Source of the DNA: Candidatus Micrarchaeota archaeon
GTDB taxonomy: Archaea > Micrarchaeota > Micrarchaeia > Norongarragalinales > Norongarragalinaceae
NCBI GenBank assembly: GCA_013360305.1
Contig: JABWCK010000004.1
Coordinates: forward strand, 1 to 47,546
DNA: 47,546 nt
Reading direction: 5' to 3'
Below the pieces are notes generated by a model, which was not told the DNA's origin, ran no database searches, and worked only from the letters and a program-made list of their open reading frames with translations. Both the position numbers and the translations under genes were made by a program. Shown piece by piece: positions 33,479 through 41,316 of the stretch. Positions within the stretch are counted from its first letter, which is position 1. Each line of letters opens with the position of its first letter.

Positions 33479-34900
33479 TTAATACGATTTGGCGAAGTAA
33501 TGCATGCTTTTAGTAGGCTTGCCGGTAATCACGCATTTTCCTTCTTCTTTAGTTAATTCAATCAAGCGGCTAGTGGCTTGAGTGTCTTGCTTGATGATTT
33601 CTTCAGCTGCTTCATCACAACAATAAGCTTGGACTAGTTTCTTGTGTTCCAATCCAATCTTTAAGTCCTTGTATTGGTCTGCAAAAATAATTGATGAGTC
33701 TAAAAATAGTTTAGCTCTAGAAAACAAGTTTGTTTGAATATCCTGCATTGCATTTAAAACGAAGTCGATTACTTTTTCTTCACTGACGAAATCCTTGTCT
33801 ATGCCGTCTCTTCGAGCAATAGTGACGCCTTGCTTGGCTAAGTCGCGCAAGCCTATTTCAATGCGTACTGGCACTCCGTAGAGTTCCCACTCGTTGAATT
33901 TGAATCCCGGAGACTTGTCTTCCCGGTCGTCTACGTGCACGCGTACGCCTTTTTCTCTTAATTGTAAAACGATTTTGTTAGCTGAAAGCAAAGCCATTTT
34001 CTTTTCTTCCAAGTCCTTAAAGATTGGAACGATAACGACTTGCACTTGAGCGATTTTTGGAGGCAACACTAATCCCTTGTCGTCAGAGTGAAGCATTATT
34101 GCTGCGCCTATTAAGCGAGTGCTGACTCCCCAGCTAGTCATCCAGCAATATTCTTGTTTTTCGTCGTTAGTTTTGTATTTGACGTCAAACATTTTAGAAA
34201 AACTCTGACCCAAATTATGGGAAGTACCGCATTGCAGTGCTTTGCCGTCTGGCATTAAAGCTTCTACAGTAGTCGTATACTCTGCTCCGGGAAACGTTTC
34301 AGACCTGCTTTTTACTCCCGCCATTACAGGCATTGCTAGCAAGTCTTGGCATACTTCGCGGTACCAGTTTAATGCTTTAGCTACCATTGCTTCAGCGTCT
34401 TCTCTTGACGCGTGGGCAGTGTGTCCTTCTTGCCACAAGAATTCCCTAGTACGCAAAAAGGGTTTTAGGGTCTTGGTATCCCAGCGAATAATGTTAGCCC
34501 ACTGGTTTAATAGCAATGGAAGGTCTCTGTGTGACGAAACCCACTTCGCGTAAGTAGAGTAAATAATAGTCTCACTTGTAGGGCGAAGCGCCAAAGGCTC
34601 GCTTAAGTCTTCGTTTCCGCCTTTAGTAACCCAAGCTACTTCAGGAGTGAATCCTGCAAAGTGTGATGCTTCTTTCTTGAGCATGGATTCAGGAATAAAC
34701 ATTGGGAAGTAAGCGTTTTGAACACCCTCTTCGGCGAATTTATTGTTTAAAAAGTCTTGAATTTGTTGCCAGACAAAGTAAGCACGGGGTCGAATAATCA
34801 TGCATCCTTGAATTGGACTGTACTCCATGAGTTGTGCTTTCTGCACTAGTTCCAAGTACCACTCGCCAAAGTTTTCATTCTTCTTGTTTTCTAAAGCCAT
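33479..34900 (-). CDS. proS: Prolyl-tRNA synthetase (archaeal/eukaryotic type)
   Basis: RPTSET, FLRTREFLWQEGHT, QCGTSH, SWGVSTR, C-terminal AKSY. Confidence 0.98.
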   Translation of the reverse strand: MALENKKNENFGEWYLELVQKAQLMEYSPIQGCMIIRPRAYFVWQQIQDFLNNKFAEEGVQNAYFPMFIPESMLKKEASHFAGFTPEVAWVTKGGNEDLSEPLALRPTSETIIYSTYAKWVSSHRDLPLLLNQWANIIRWDTKTLKPFLRTREFLWQEGHTAHASREDAEAMVAKALNWYREVCQDLLAMPVMAGVKSRSETFPGAEYTTTVEALMPDGKALQCGTSHNLGQSFSKMFDVKYKTNDEKQEYCWMTSWGVSTRLIGAAIMLHSDDKGLVLPPKIAQVQVVIVPIFKDLEEKKMALLSANKIVLQLREKGVRVHVDDREDKSPGFKFNEWELYGVPVRIEIGLRDLAKQGVTIARRDGIDKDFVSEEKVIDFVLNAMQDIQTNLFSRAKLFLDSSIIFADQYKDLKIGLEHKKLVQAYCCDEAAEEIIKQDTQATSRLIELTKEEGKCVITGKPTKSMHYFAKSY

Positions 34901-34977
34901 ACTAAAAGTATAGAACGAGTAGTTTTAAGATTCTTTAGCAAGACAACGAATTTAAACAAAAAAACGGTGTTAAGTAA

Positions 34978-35445
34978 GTGAATTACACTGAGCGAGCGCC
35001 TTTAGGTGTTTTGGGTAAGGCAATGGTTTTCGTTTTCCCAATTTTAATTTTAGTCATTAATTTCTTGTTTTGGAGTTTACCTGTGCCTTTTGAAGCTCGA
35101 TTGATTCAAGCAATAGTTTCAATAATAGTAATACTAGCATTAACCGCGTTTTGGTTTACTAGCTTTGGATTTAGTTCCAAAGAAGTAACAGCTAGCTTTG
35201 GACCAATCAAGTATTCTGTTTCGTTTAAAGATATCGAGTCAGTTCAAGTAGTTAGCGTTCCGTGGTATTTTGGTTTAGGTGTGAGAATGTATTTCTGGAA
35301 GGGAAACACTATTGGGTTTATTACTCGCCATAACAAGGCAGTCGAGTTGAAGAAAAAAACTGGTTTCTTTAAAAGAGTTTTATTGACTACTCGCGATCCT
35401 GAAGATTTTGCTGAAAAAATCAAGAAAACAACAAAACACAAGTAA
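34978..35445 (+). CDS. Two-TM membrane protein with bacterial PH-like domain
   Basis: Two hydrophobic helices, then DIESV…GLGVR…LLTTRDPEDF. Confidence 0.7.
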   Translation: MNYTERAPLGVLGKAMVFVFPILILVINFLFWSLPVPFEARLIQAIVSIIVILALTAFWFTSFGFSSKEVTASFGPIKYSVSFKDIESVQVVSVPWYFGLGVRMYFWKGNTIGFITRHNKAVELKKKTGFFKRVLLTTRDPEDFAEKIKKTTKHK

Positions 35446-35502
35446 TACAAACAAGCAGGAACCAAAATATTTTACAGTAATTAAAAAAAAGGTGTTTAGA
35501 TA

Positions 35503-35673
35503 ATGAATGAAGGAAAAAACTTATACGCTTGTACAGGCGAGTGCCACGGAGTATCAGACAAGCCAGGAACTTGTCAAGCGCATACGTGCGGAAAGCATGG
35601 AAAACCATTAGTAAAACAAAAAACTTGCCCTTGCTATAAGAAAGATAATTGTCGTTGCAAACACGCTCAATGA
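35503..35673 (+). CDS. 56-aa Cys/His-rich putative metal-binding microprotein, not in the ORF track
   Basis: MNEGKNLYACTGECHGVSDKPGTCQAHTCGKHGKPLVKQKTCPCYKKDNCRCKHAQ; AAGGTG SD upstream. Confidence 0.8.
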   Translation: MNEGKNLYACTGECHGVSDKPGTCQAHTCGKHGKPLVKQKTCPCYKKDNCRCKHAQ

Positions 35674-35714
35674 ATATGCCCATGCAATGAACAATGTAAT
35701 TGCGGGAAGTAAAA

Positions 35715-36320
35715 ATGGCTACAGCGTATTCTCACTACTTGCTAGGCTTGATTGCAGTAGTATTCTTGCTGCAAGTAGCTACAGGCTTGGAGAATGGAGT
35801 AATAACTAGCTCGCTTATTTTAGAGCCTGCTACGTTTTTCAGCGAGCCTTGGAGAATAATAACATCCATGTTATTGCATGGAAGCTTCTTCCACTTGTTT
35901 TTCAACGGCTTTGCGTTGTTAATGTTCGGCCCCTTGCTTGAACAACGAATTGGTCGAAAAAACTTTATAGGAGTATTCTTAGCAGCAGGAGTAATAGGAG
36001 CGTTGTTGTACTATGCTACAATCGTGATAGGAATCATTCCACCATTACCTGCTTTAGGTGCTTCTGCAGGAATTTACGGCATTCTAGGAGCGCTAGCAGT
36101 GTTATTCCCTGAACTAAAATTATTCTTGTTTGGTTTAATTCCGTTGAAAATGAAGTACGCGGCAGTGCTTTGGTTCTTTTTAGAATTGTTCGGAAGCTTC
36201 AACGCTTACAGCGGAATAGGCAGCGCAGCCCACTTAGGCGGATTGTTGCTAGGCTTGGCAGCTGGTTTTTACTTCAAAAAACCCCCTACTCAAAAATACG
36301 AAGTCCAATTCATCGAATAA
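35715..36320 (+). CDS. Rhomboid intramembrane serine protease
   Basis: PWRIITSMLLH…HLFFN, GASAG, AHLGG. Confidence 0.95.
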   Translation: MATAYSHYLLGLIAVVFLLQVATGLENGVITSSLILEPATFFSEPWRIITSMLLHGSFFHLFFNGFALLMFGPLLEQRIGRKNFIGVFLAAGVIGALLYYATIVIGIIPPLPALGASAGIYGILGALAVLFPELKLFLFGLIPLKMKYAAVLWFFLELFGSFNAYSGIGSAAHLGGLLLGLAAGFYFKKPPTQKYEVQFIE

Positions 36321-36357
36321 AAGAGACTTTTATAACTGGTTTTACGTTTATTCTTTC

Positions 36358-36807
36358 ATGATTTTTCTCGGCTGCGACCACGCTGGTTTCAAAGCAAAAC
36401 AAGCCGCAATTAAGTTTCTTGAAAAGAAAAAAATCGAGTTCAAAGACTTAGGCGCTTTTAATGATGAAAAAAGCGATTACCCTGATTATTGCTTCCCAGT
36501 AGCTAGAAGCGTTGCCAACAAAAAAAACAGTTTCGGATTATTATTCTGCGGTTCAGGAGAAGGCGCAGTAATTTGCGCGAACAAAGTAAAAGGAATCCGA
36601 GCTGCGCTAGTATTCAATGATTATACTGCAATCCAGCCCCGCGAACATGAAGACGCTAACATCGCTTGTTTTGCTGCTAGAATTCATTCACAAAAACAAA
36701 TACTAAAATGGATTGAATTATTTTTGAAAACAAAACCATCCAATGCACAAAGACACAAGAAGCGAGTTAAAAAAATCAACGAGTTTGAAAAAAAATGGTT
36801 GAAGTAA
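36358..36807 (+). CDS. rpiB: Ribose-5-phosphate isomerase B
   Basis: GCDHAG, DYPD, CGSGEG, ANKVKGIRAAL, RHKKRV. Confidence 0.95.
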   Translation: MIFLGCDHAGFKAKQAAIKFLEKKKIEFKDLGAFNDEKSDYPDYCFPVARSVANKKNSFGLLFCGSGEGAVICANKVKGIRAALVFNDYTAIQPREHEDANIACFAARIHSQKQILKWIELFLKTKPSNAQRHKKRVKKINEFEKKWLK

Positions 36808-37406
36808 GTCCATCAATACTTGATGCTTCGTTAAAGCAAGCTGAAGAATTAAAGGGACTTGTTTCAAGAATGCATATAGACGTAATGGACGGATTATTTG
36901 TTGAACAAAATACTCTCAAAAAGTTTGACGCAAAAAAAATTAGTGCTTGGAACGCTTTTGAAAAAGACGTTCACTTGATGGTTGAAAAACCAGAGAAATT
37001 CATTTCAAAATATTCCAAAAACAATCGATTGATTTGGTTTCATGTTGAAGCTACTAAAAAACCTTTTGAGGTAATAGAAAAAATTAATGAGAAAAAAATG
37101 CTTGCAGGCATAGCAGTCAAGCCGTCAACGCCTTTGAAGGATTTTGCGTTTTTGTTGAACTACGTTGATTCGGTTTTAGTAATGACGGTCGAACCAGGCA
37201 AAGGAGGCCAAAAATTCATTCCGAAAATGCTTGAAAAAATCTTTTTGATTAGGAGCGTTTTTTCTAGAGAAATATGCGTTGATGGCGGAATAAACCCTTT
37301 AACAGCAAAACAAGCCGTCAAAGCAGGAGCTAGTTGTATAGTAGCGGGATCATTCATCTTTAAAGGAAACGCAGTAAAGAATACTAAGAAATTGTTGATA
37401 ACATGA
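36795..37406 (+). CDS. rpe: Ribulose-phosphate 3-epimerase
   Basis: SPSIL, HIDVMDG, DVHLMV, MTVEPGKGGQ, VDGGI. Confidence 0.95.
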   Translation: MVEVSPSILDASLKQAEELKGLVSRMHIDVMDGLFVEQNTLKKFDAKKISAWNAFEKDVHLMVEKPEKFISKYSKNNRLIWFHVEATKKPFEVIEKINEKKMLAGIAVKPSTPLKDFAFLLNYVDSVLVMTVEPGKGGQKFIPKMLEKIFLIRSVFSREICVDGGINPLTAKQAVKAGASCIVAGSFIFKGNAVKNTKKLLIT

Positions 37407-38227
37407 AAGAATTAATGTTGACGGCAAACAAAATCAGGCAAGACGTTATCGAAATGCTAGTCGAAGCCGGTTCTGGCCACTCGGCCGGGCCTTTGGGAAT
37501 GGCGGACGTCTTTACTGCTTTGTATTTTAATCACGCTAGAATCAATCCTAAAAAACCCTGGGATGAAAACCGAGACCGAATAGTGTTAAGCAATGGACAC
37601 ATTTGTCCAGTTTGGTACGCAACTCTAGCGGAAAGAGGATTCTTTCCAGTAAGAGAATTAAAGACGCTTCGCAAAATTAACTCGCGCTTGCAAGGACACC
37701 CTCATGCTCGCGAGCTTCCGGGAATAGAAAACTCAGGCGGACCGCTTGGACAAGGTTGCAATATTGGAGTAGGCATGGCTCTAGCAGGAAAAATGGATAA
37801 AAAAAACTGGAGAGTTTACGCCTTGTTAAGCGACGGAGAATTAAACGAGGGTTGTGATTGGGAAGCATTCATGCTTGCTGCGAAATACGAGCTAGACAAC
37901 TTGTGTTTTATTATTGACAGGAACAATATTCAAATCGAAGGGCCTAGCGATAAAGTAATGCCGTTAGAACCGTTAAAGAAAAAACTAGAATCTTTCAACT
38001 TGCACGTTATTGAAGTAAACGGGAATGACTTTAAACAAGTACTAAATGCTTTGGAAAAAGCAGGAAAAACTAAAGGAATGCCTACAGCGATTATTGCCAA
38101 GACTACTCCAGGAAAAGGAGTTAGTTTCATGGAGAACGATTACAAGTGGCACGGCAAGCCTCCTAACAAGGAAGAAGCAGAAAAAGCATTAAAGGAATTA
38201 AGAAGACAGAGGACTGAATTGCTTTGA
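37403..38227 (+). CDS. Transketolase, N-terminal subunit
   Basis: SGHSAG, LSNGH, LQGHP, SDGELNEG TPP motif, WHGK. Confidence 0.95.
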   Translation: MKELMLTANKIRQDVIEMLVEAGSGHSAGPLGMADVFTALYFNHARINPKKPWDENRDRIVLSNGHICPVWYATLAERGFFPVRELKTLRKINSRLQGHPHARELPGIENSGGPLGQGCNIGVGMALAGKMDKKNWRVYALLSDGELNEGCDWEAFMLAAKYELDNLCFIIDRNNIQIEGPSDKVMPLEPLKKKLESFNLHVIEVNGNDFKQVLNALEKAGKTKGMPTAIIAKTTPGKGVSFMENDYKWHGKPPNKEEAEKALKELRRQRTELL

Positions 38228-39180
38228 TTTTAAATCCGAAATTGTTTGAAGAAGTCGAAAAAACGCCTACTCGCGACGGTTATGGCAAAGGCGTGTTGAA
38301 GGCAGGAAAAACCAACAAAAACATCGTCGTCTTGAGTGCAGACTTGGCAGAGTCAACTAGAAGCCATTGGTTTGCTGAAGCATTCCCGAAGCGATTTATT
38401 GAAGTAGGCGTCGCAGAACAAAACATGATGGGAGCAGCTGCCGGCTTAGCGTTAAGCGGAAAAATTCCATTCGTTTCTTCTTACGCAGTATTTTCTCCAG
38501 GCCGCAGTTGGGACCATTTGAGAGTAGCTGTTTGTTACACTAACGCTAACGTAAAAATAATAGGCGCCCACGCAGGAATAAGCGTTGGTCCTGACGGAGC
38601 AACTCACCAAGCTTTGGAAGATATTGCGATTACTCGAGTACTGCCTAACTTAGTAGTGGAAGTACCTTGCGATGCGTTGGAAGCAGAAAAAACTACTCTA
38701 GCAATAATCAAACGCAAAGGACCGTGTTATTTGAGGCTTGGACGCGAGAAGACACCAGTTATTACTACTAACAAAACCCCGTTCAAAATAGGCAAAGCAG
38801 AAGTATTTCGCGAAGGAAGAGATGTTTCAATAATTGCTTGCGGATCAATGGTTTACGAAGCACTATTAGCTGCGCAGCAATTAGCTAAGGAGGGTATTGA
38901 TTGCGAGGTTGTTAATAATCATTCTATAAAGCCTATTGATGAAAAAACGATTTTAAAAACCGCTAGAAAAACTGGACGAGTTGTTACTGCGGAAGAACAC
39001 CAAGTTTTTGGCGGAATGGGTTCAGCAGTAGCTGAAGTCTTAGCGCAGCATCCGACAAGGATCGAATTCGTGGGAATGCTTGATTGTTTTGGAGAGAGCG
39101 GAAAACCATCCGAATTAATGGCTAAGTACAAAATGGACTCTAAAGCAATAATAAAAGCAGTTCACAAAATACTACAGTGA
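38224..39180 (+). CDS. Transketolase, C-terminal subunit
   Basis: GVAEQNM, DGATHQ, YLRLGR, EEHQ. Confidence 0.95.
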   Translation: MILNPKLFEEVEKTPTRDGYGKGVLKAGKTNKNIVVLSADLAESTRSHWFAEAFPKRFIEVGVAEQNMMGAAAGLALSGKIPFVSSYAVFSPGRSWDHLRVAVCYTNANVKIIGAHAGISVGPDGATHQALEDIAITRVLPNLVVEVPCDALEAEKTTLAIIKRKGPCYLRLGREKTPVITTNKTPFKIGKAEVFREGRDVSIIACGSMVYEALLAAQQLAKEGIDCEVVNNHSIKPIDEKTILKTARKTGRVVTAEEHQVFGGMGSAVAEVLAQHPTRIEFVGMLDCFGESGKPSELMAKYKMDSKAIIKAVHKILQ

Positions 39181-39190
39181 GTTTTTTAAA

Positions 39191-40588
39191 TTGATTGAAA
39201 AACGAGAACCTCAGCAGACGCTGGCTAATGAAATAGACTTGCGAAAGTCTAGAGAGTATTCTATTAAAGACGGTTTTTTTTACGCATTAATGACTGGGTT
39301 CGGGACTTCATTCATTACTCCATTTGCTTTGCGATTAGGAGCAACTATTAGCGACATTGGGTTATTGCAAACGCTACCTCAATTGCTTTCTGGATTGCTT
39401 CAATTAAGTTACGCTAAAATAACAACGTTATTCAAAAGCAGGAAGGAAATAGTAGTCAAACTAGTATCAATTCAAGCACTAATGTGGATTGGCTTGATTT
39501 TGGTTAGTTTATACGCTAAAAACTCGGCGATAAACTGGCTGATAGCTATTTACAGCATTTACGTGATTAGTGAAGCTCTAGCTAACCCTGCTTGGACTAG
39601 TTGGATGGGTGACTTAGTTCCTGAAAAACACAGAAGCGAGTATTTTGGTAAAAGAAACGAAATCACTGGCTTCGGAGCTTTTATTGCATTAATAATAGCT
39701 GGCTGGCTGCTAGGTTTTTTTGAAGACTTGTTTTCAGGACTAGCTGCTTTTACGATATTATTCTCGATAGCATTCGTTGCTAGAATGGTTTCAATATATT
39801 ATTTAACCAAGAAAATAGAACCAAGAACTGAAATAACAGTTAAAGAAAATTCTTTCGCTCACTTTTTAATTCACTTGCGCGAAACAAACTTCGGAAGGCT
39901 AGTAATATACCAATCGGTTTTAACATTCGCAGTGTTTGTTTCAGCGCCTTATTTTGCAGTCCACATGCTTGAAAACTTGGGTTTCGACTACTTTACTTTC
40001 GCGTTAATTATTTCTTCATCTCAAATAACTTTATTCTTGACAATGGTTTATTGGGGTCATGAAATACAAAGAATCGGAAACAAAACGACACTATACGCCA
40101 GCAGTTTAGTAATTGGGTTAGTACCAATATGGTGGATTTTGTTCAAAAACCCGTTGTACTTGTTTATCATCGAGTTGTTTACTGGAATTGGTTGGGCGGG
40201 TCACCGCATTGCGTCTTTAAACATGATTTTGAAAAACACGCCGCAAGAAGAAAAAACCAGGTTGGTAGCGTATTATAATTTCTTCCAAGGAATAACGATA
40301 TTCGCAGGATCAATGGTTGGAGCAGTACTAGCAGGATTCTTTCACGACAACCCGACAATACTAGGAACAGGATTAATGGGAGTATTCCTAGTATCAGGAG
40401 TATTGAGGTTGTTGTCAGTAATATTATTCCTGCCTAGAATTCAAGATACTGAAAGTACTCCGATCAAAAGCAAGTCCTTGCTAGTAAAACTAGTAACTAT
40501 ATACCCCATGCGAAGCGCTATGGCGGAAATACAATTCGGAATAAAACACAGCATTAATACGGCTAAAAAAATCAGTAAAATAAAATAA
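39191..40588 (+). CDS. MFS transporter
   Basis: About 12 TM segments; PAWTSWMGDLVP…YFGKRN. Confidence 0.9.
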   Translation: MIEKREPQQTLANEIDLRKSREYSIKDGFFYALMTGFGTSFITPFALRLGATISDIGLLQTLPQLLSGLLQLSYAKITTLFKSRKEIVVKLVSIQALMWIGLILVSLYAKNSAINWLIAIYSIYVISEALANPAWTSWMGDLVPEKHRSEYFGKRNEITGFGAFIALIIAGWLLGFFEDLFSGLAAFTILFSIAFVARMVSIYYLTKKIEPRTEITVKENSFAHFLIHLRETNFGRLVIYQSVLTFAVFVSAPYFAVHMLENLGFDYFTFALIISSSQITLFLTMVYWGHEIQRIGNKTTLYASSLVIGLVPIWWILFKNPLYLFIIELFTGIGWAGHRIASLNMILKNTPQEEKTRLVAYYNFFQGITIFAGSMVGAVLAGFFHDNPTILGTGLMGVFLVSGVLRLLSVILFLPRIQDTESTPIKSKSLLVKLVTIYPMRSAMAEIQFGIKHSINTAKKISKIK

Positions 40589-40590
40589 AG

Positions 40591-40944
40591 TTAATTTCTA
40601 GCCGGCATATTCAAAAACGTTCGCAGCAAGTTTTCATGATCTGGAGTTAATTTATGCATCTTGATTCTAAAATTTCCATTCTGTTGGTTAGGAGAAAGCA
40701 ACTCGTAAGGAGTAGTTCCTTTAGGAAGATTTTTATTGAACTTAGCTAACTTGCTTTTAAGTTCTTGATGCAAATTACTCCTCTCAAGGATTTTCGGAGA
40801 GTCTACCTCTAATAGGGAATGGTCATCCTCATGTGCAATTGACACGCCCTTAAAATCATTAGCGCCCAATAAACCGGAAAAAAAAGCTATCCTATTGCCG
40901 TGGTTTTCAAATTCGTTGCTTCGTATAACCCTAAGTTTAACCAT
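40591..40944 (-). CDS. Hypothetical protein (orphan)
   Basis: 117-aa ATG ORF with TATA-like TTATAAA upstream. Confidence 0.6.
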   Translation of the reverse strand: MVKLRVIRSNEFENHGNRIAFFSGLLGANDFKGVSIAHEDDHSLLEVDSPKILERSNLHQELKSKLAKFNKNLPKGTTPYELLSPNQQNGNFRIKMHKLTPDHENLLRTFLNMPARN

Positions 40945-41031
40945 ATGTTCATTAATAGGTTAAAAACGTTTATAAGACAATATACTGTTATTAAAAAAAA
41001 AAAAAACAATCATAAAAACGCTTGAGGCAGA

Positions 41032-41316
41032 ATGATAATAAAAAAAGTAACTTACAAAGTAAAACCAAGAGAACTAGAAACAGTAAAAAAAGCAGTTAGA
41101 GTTTTTGTTAAAGCAATTCATTCAAGCGAGCCTGAAACTATTTATGAAGCTTACGAGCACTCTGGGGATGAAACTAGTTTTACTCACTTCATGGCTTTTC
41201 CTAATCTTAAAGCAGAAAAAAAACACCAAACTGCAGAATATACTCTGCGTTTCGTGAAAATACTTTACCCTAATTGCAGTAAAAAACCAGTATTCACGGA
41301 CTTGAAGAAAGTTTAA
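41032..41316 (+). CDS. Antibiotic-biosynthesis-monooxygenase (ABM) domain protein
   Basis: YKVKP…SEPETIYEAY…FTHF…KKHQTAEY. Confidence 0.75.
   Translation: MIIKKVTYKVKPRELETVKKAVRVFVKAIHSSEPETIYEAYEHSGDETSFTHFMAFPNLKAEKKHQTAEYTLRFVKILYPNCSKKPVFTDLKKV

Noticed and set aside
35420..35683. 87-aa minus-strand ORF
   Set aside because: Antisense to the better-supported Cys-rich microprotein
40993..41006. A14 homopolymer as a phase-variation tract
   Set aside because: Intergenic A-runs are common throughout this AT-rich window and there is no evidence of switching
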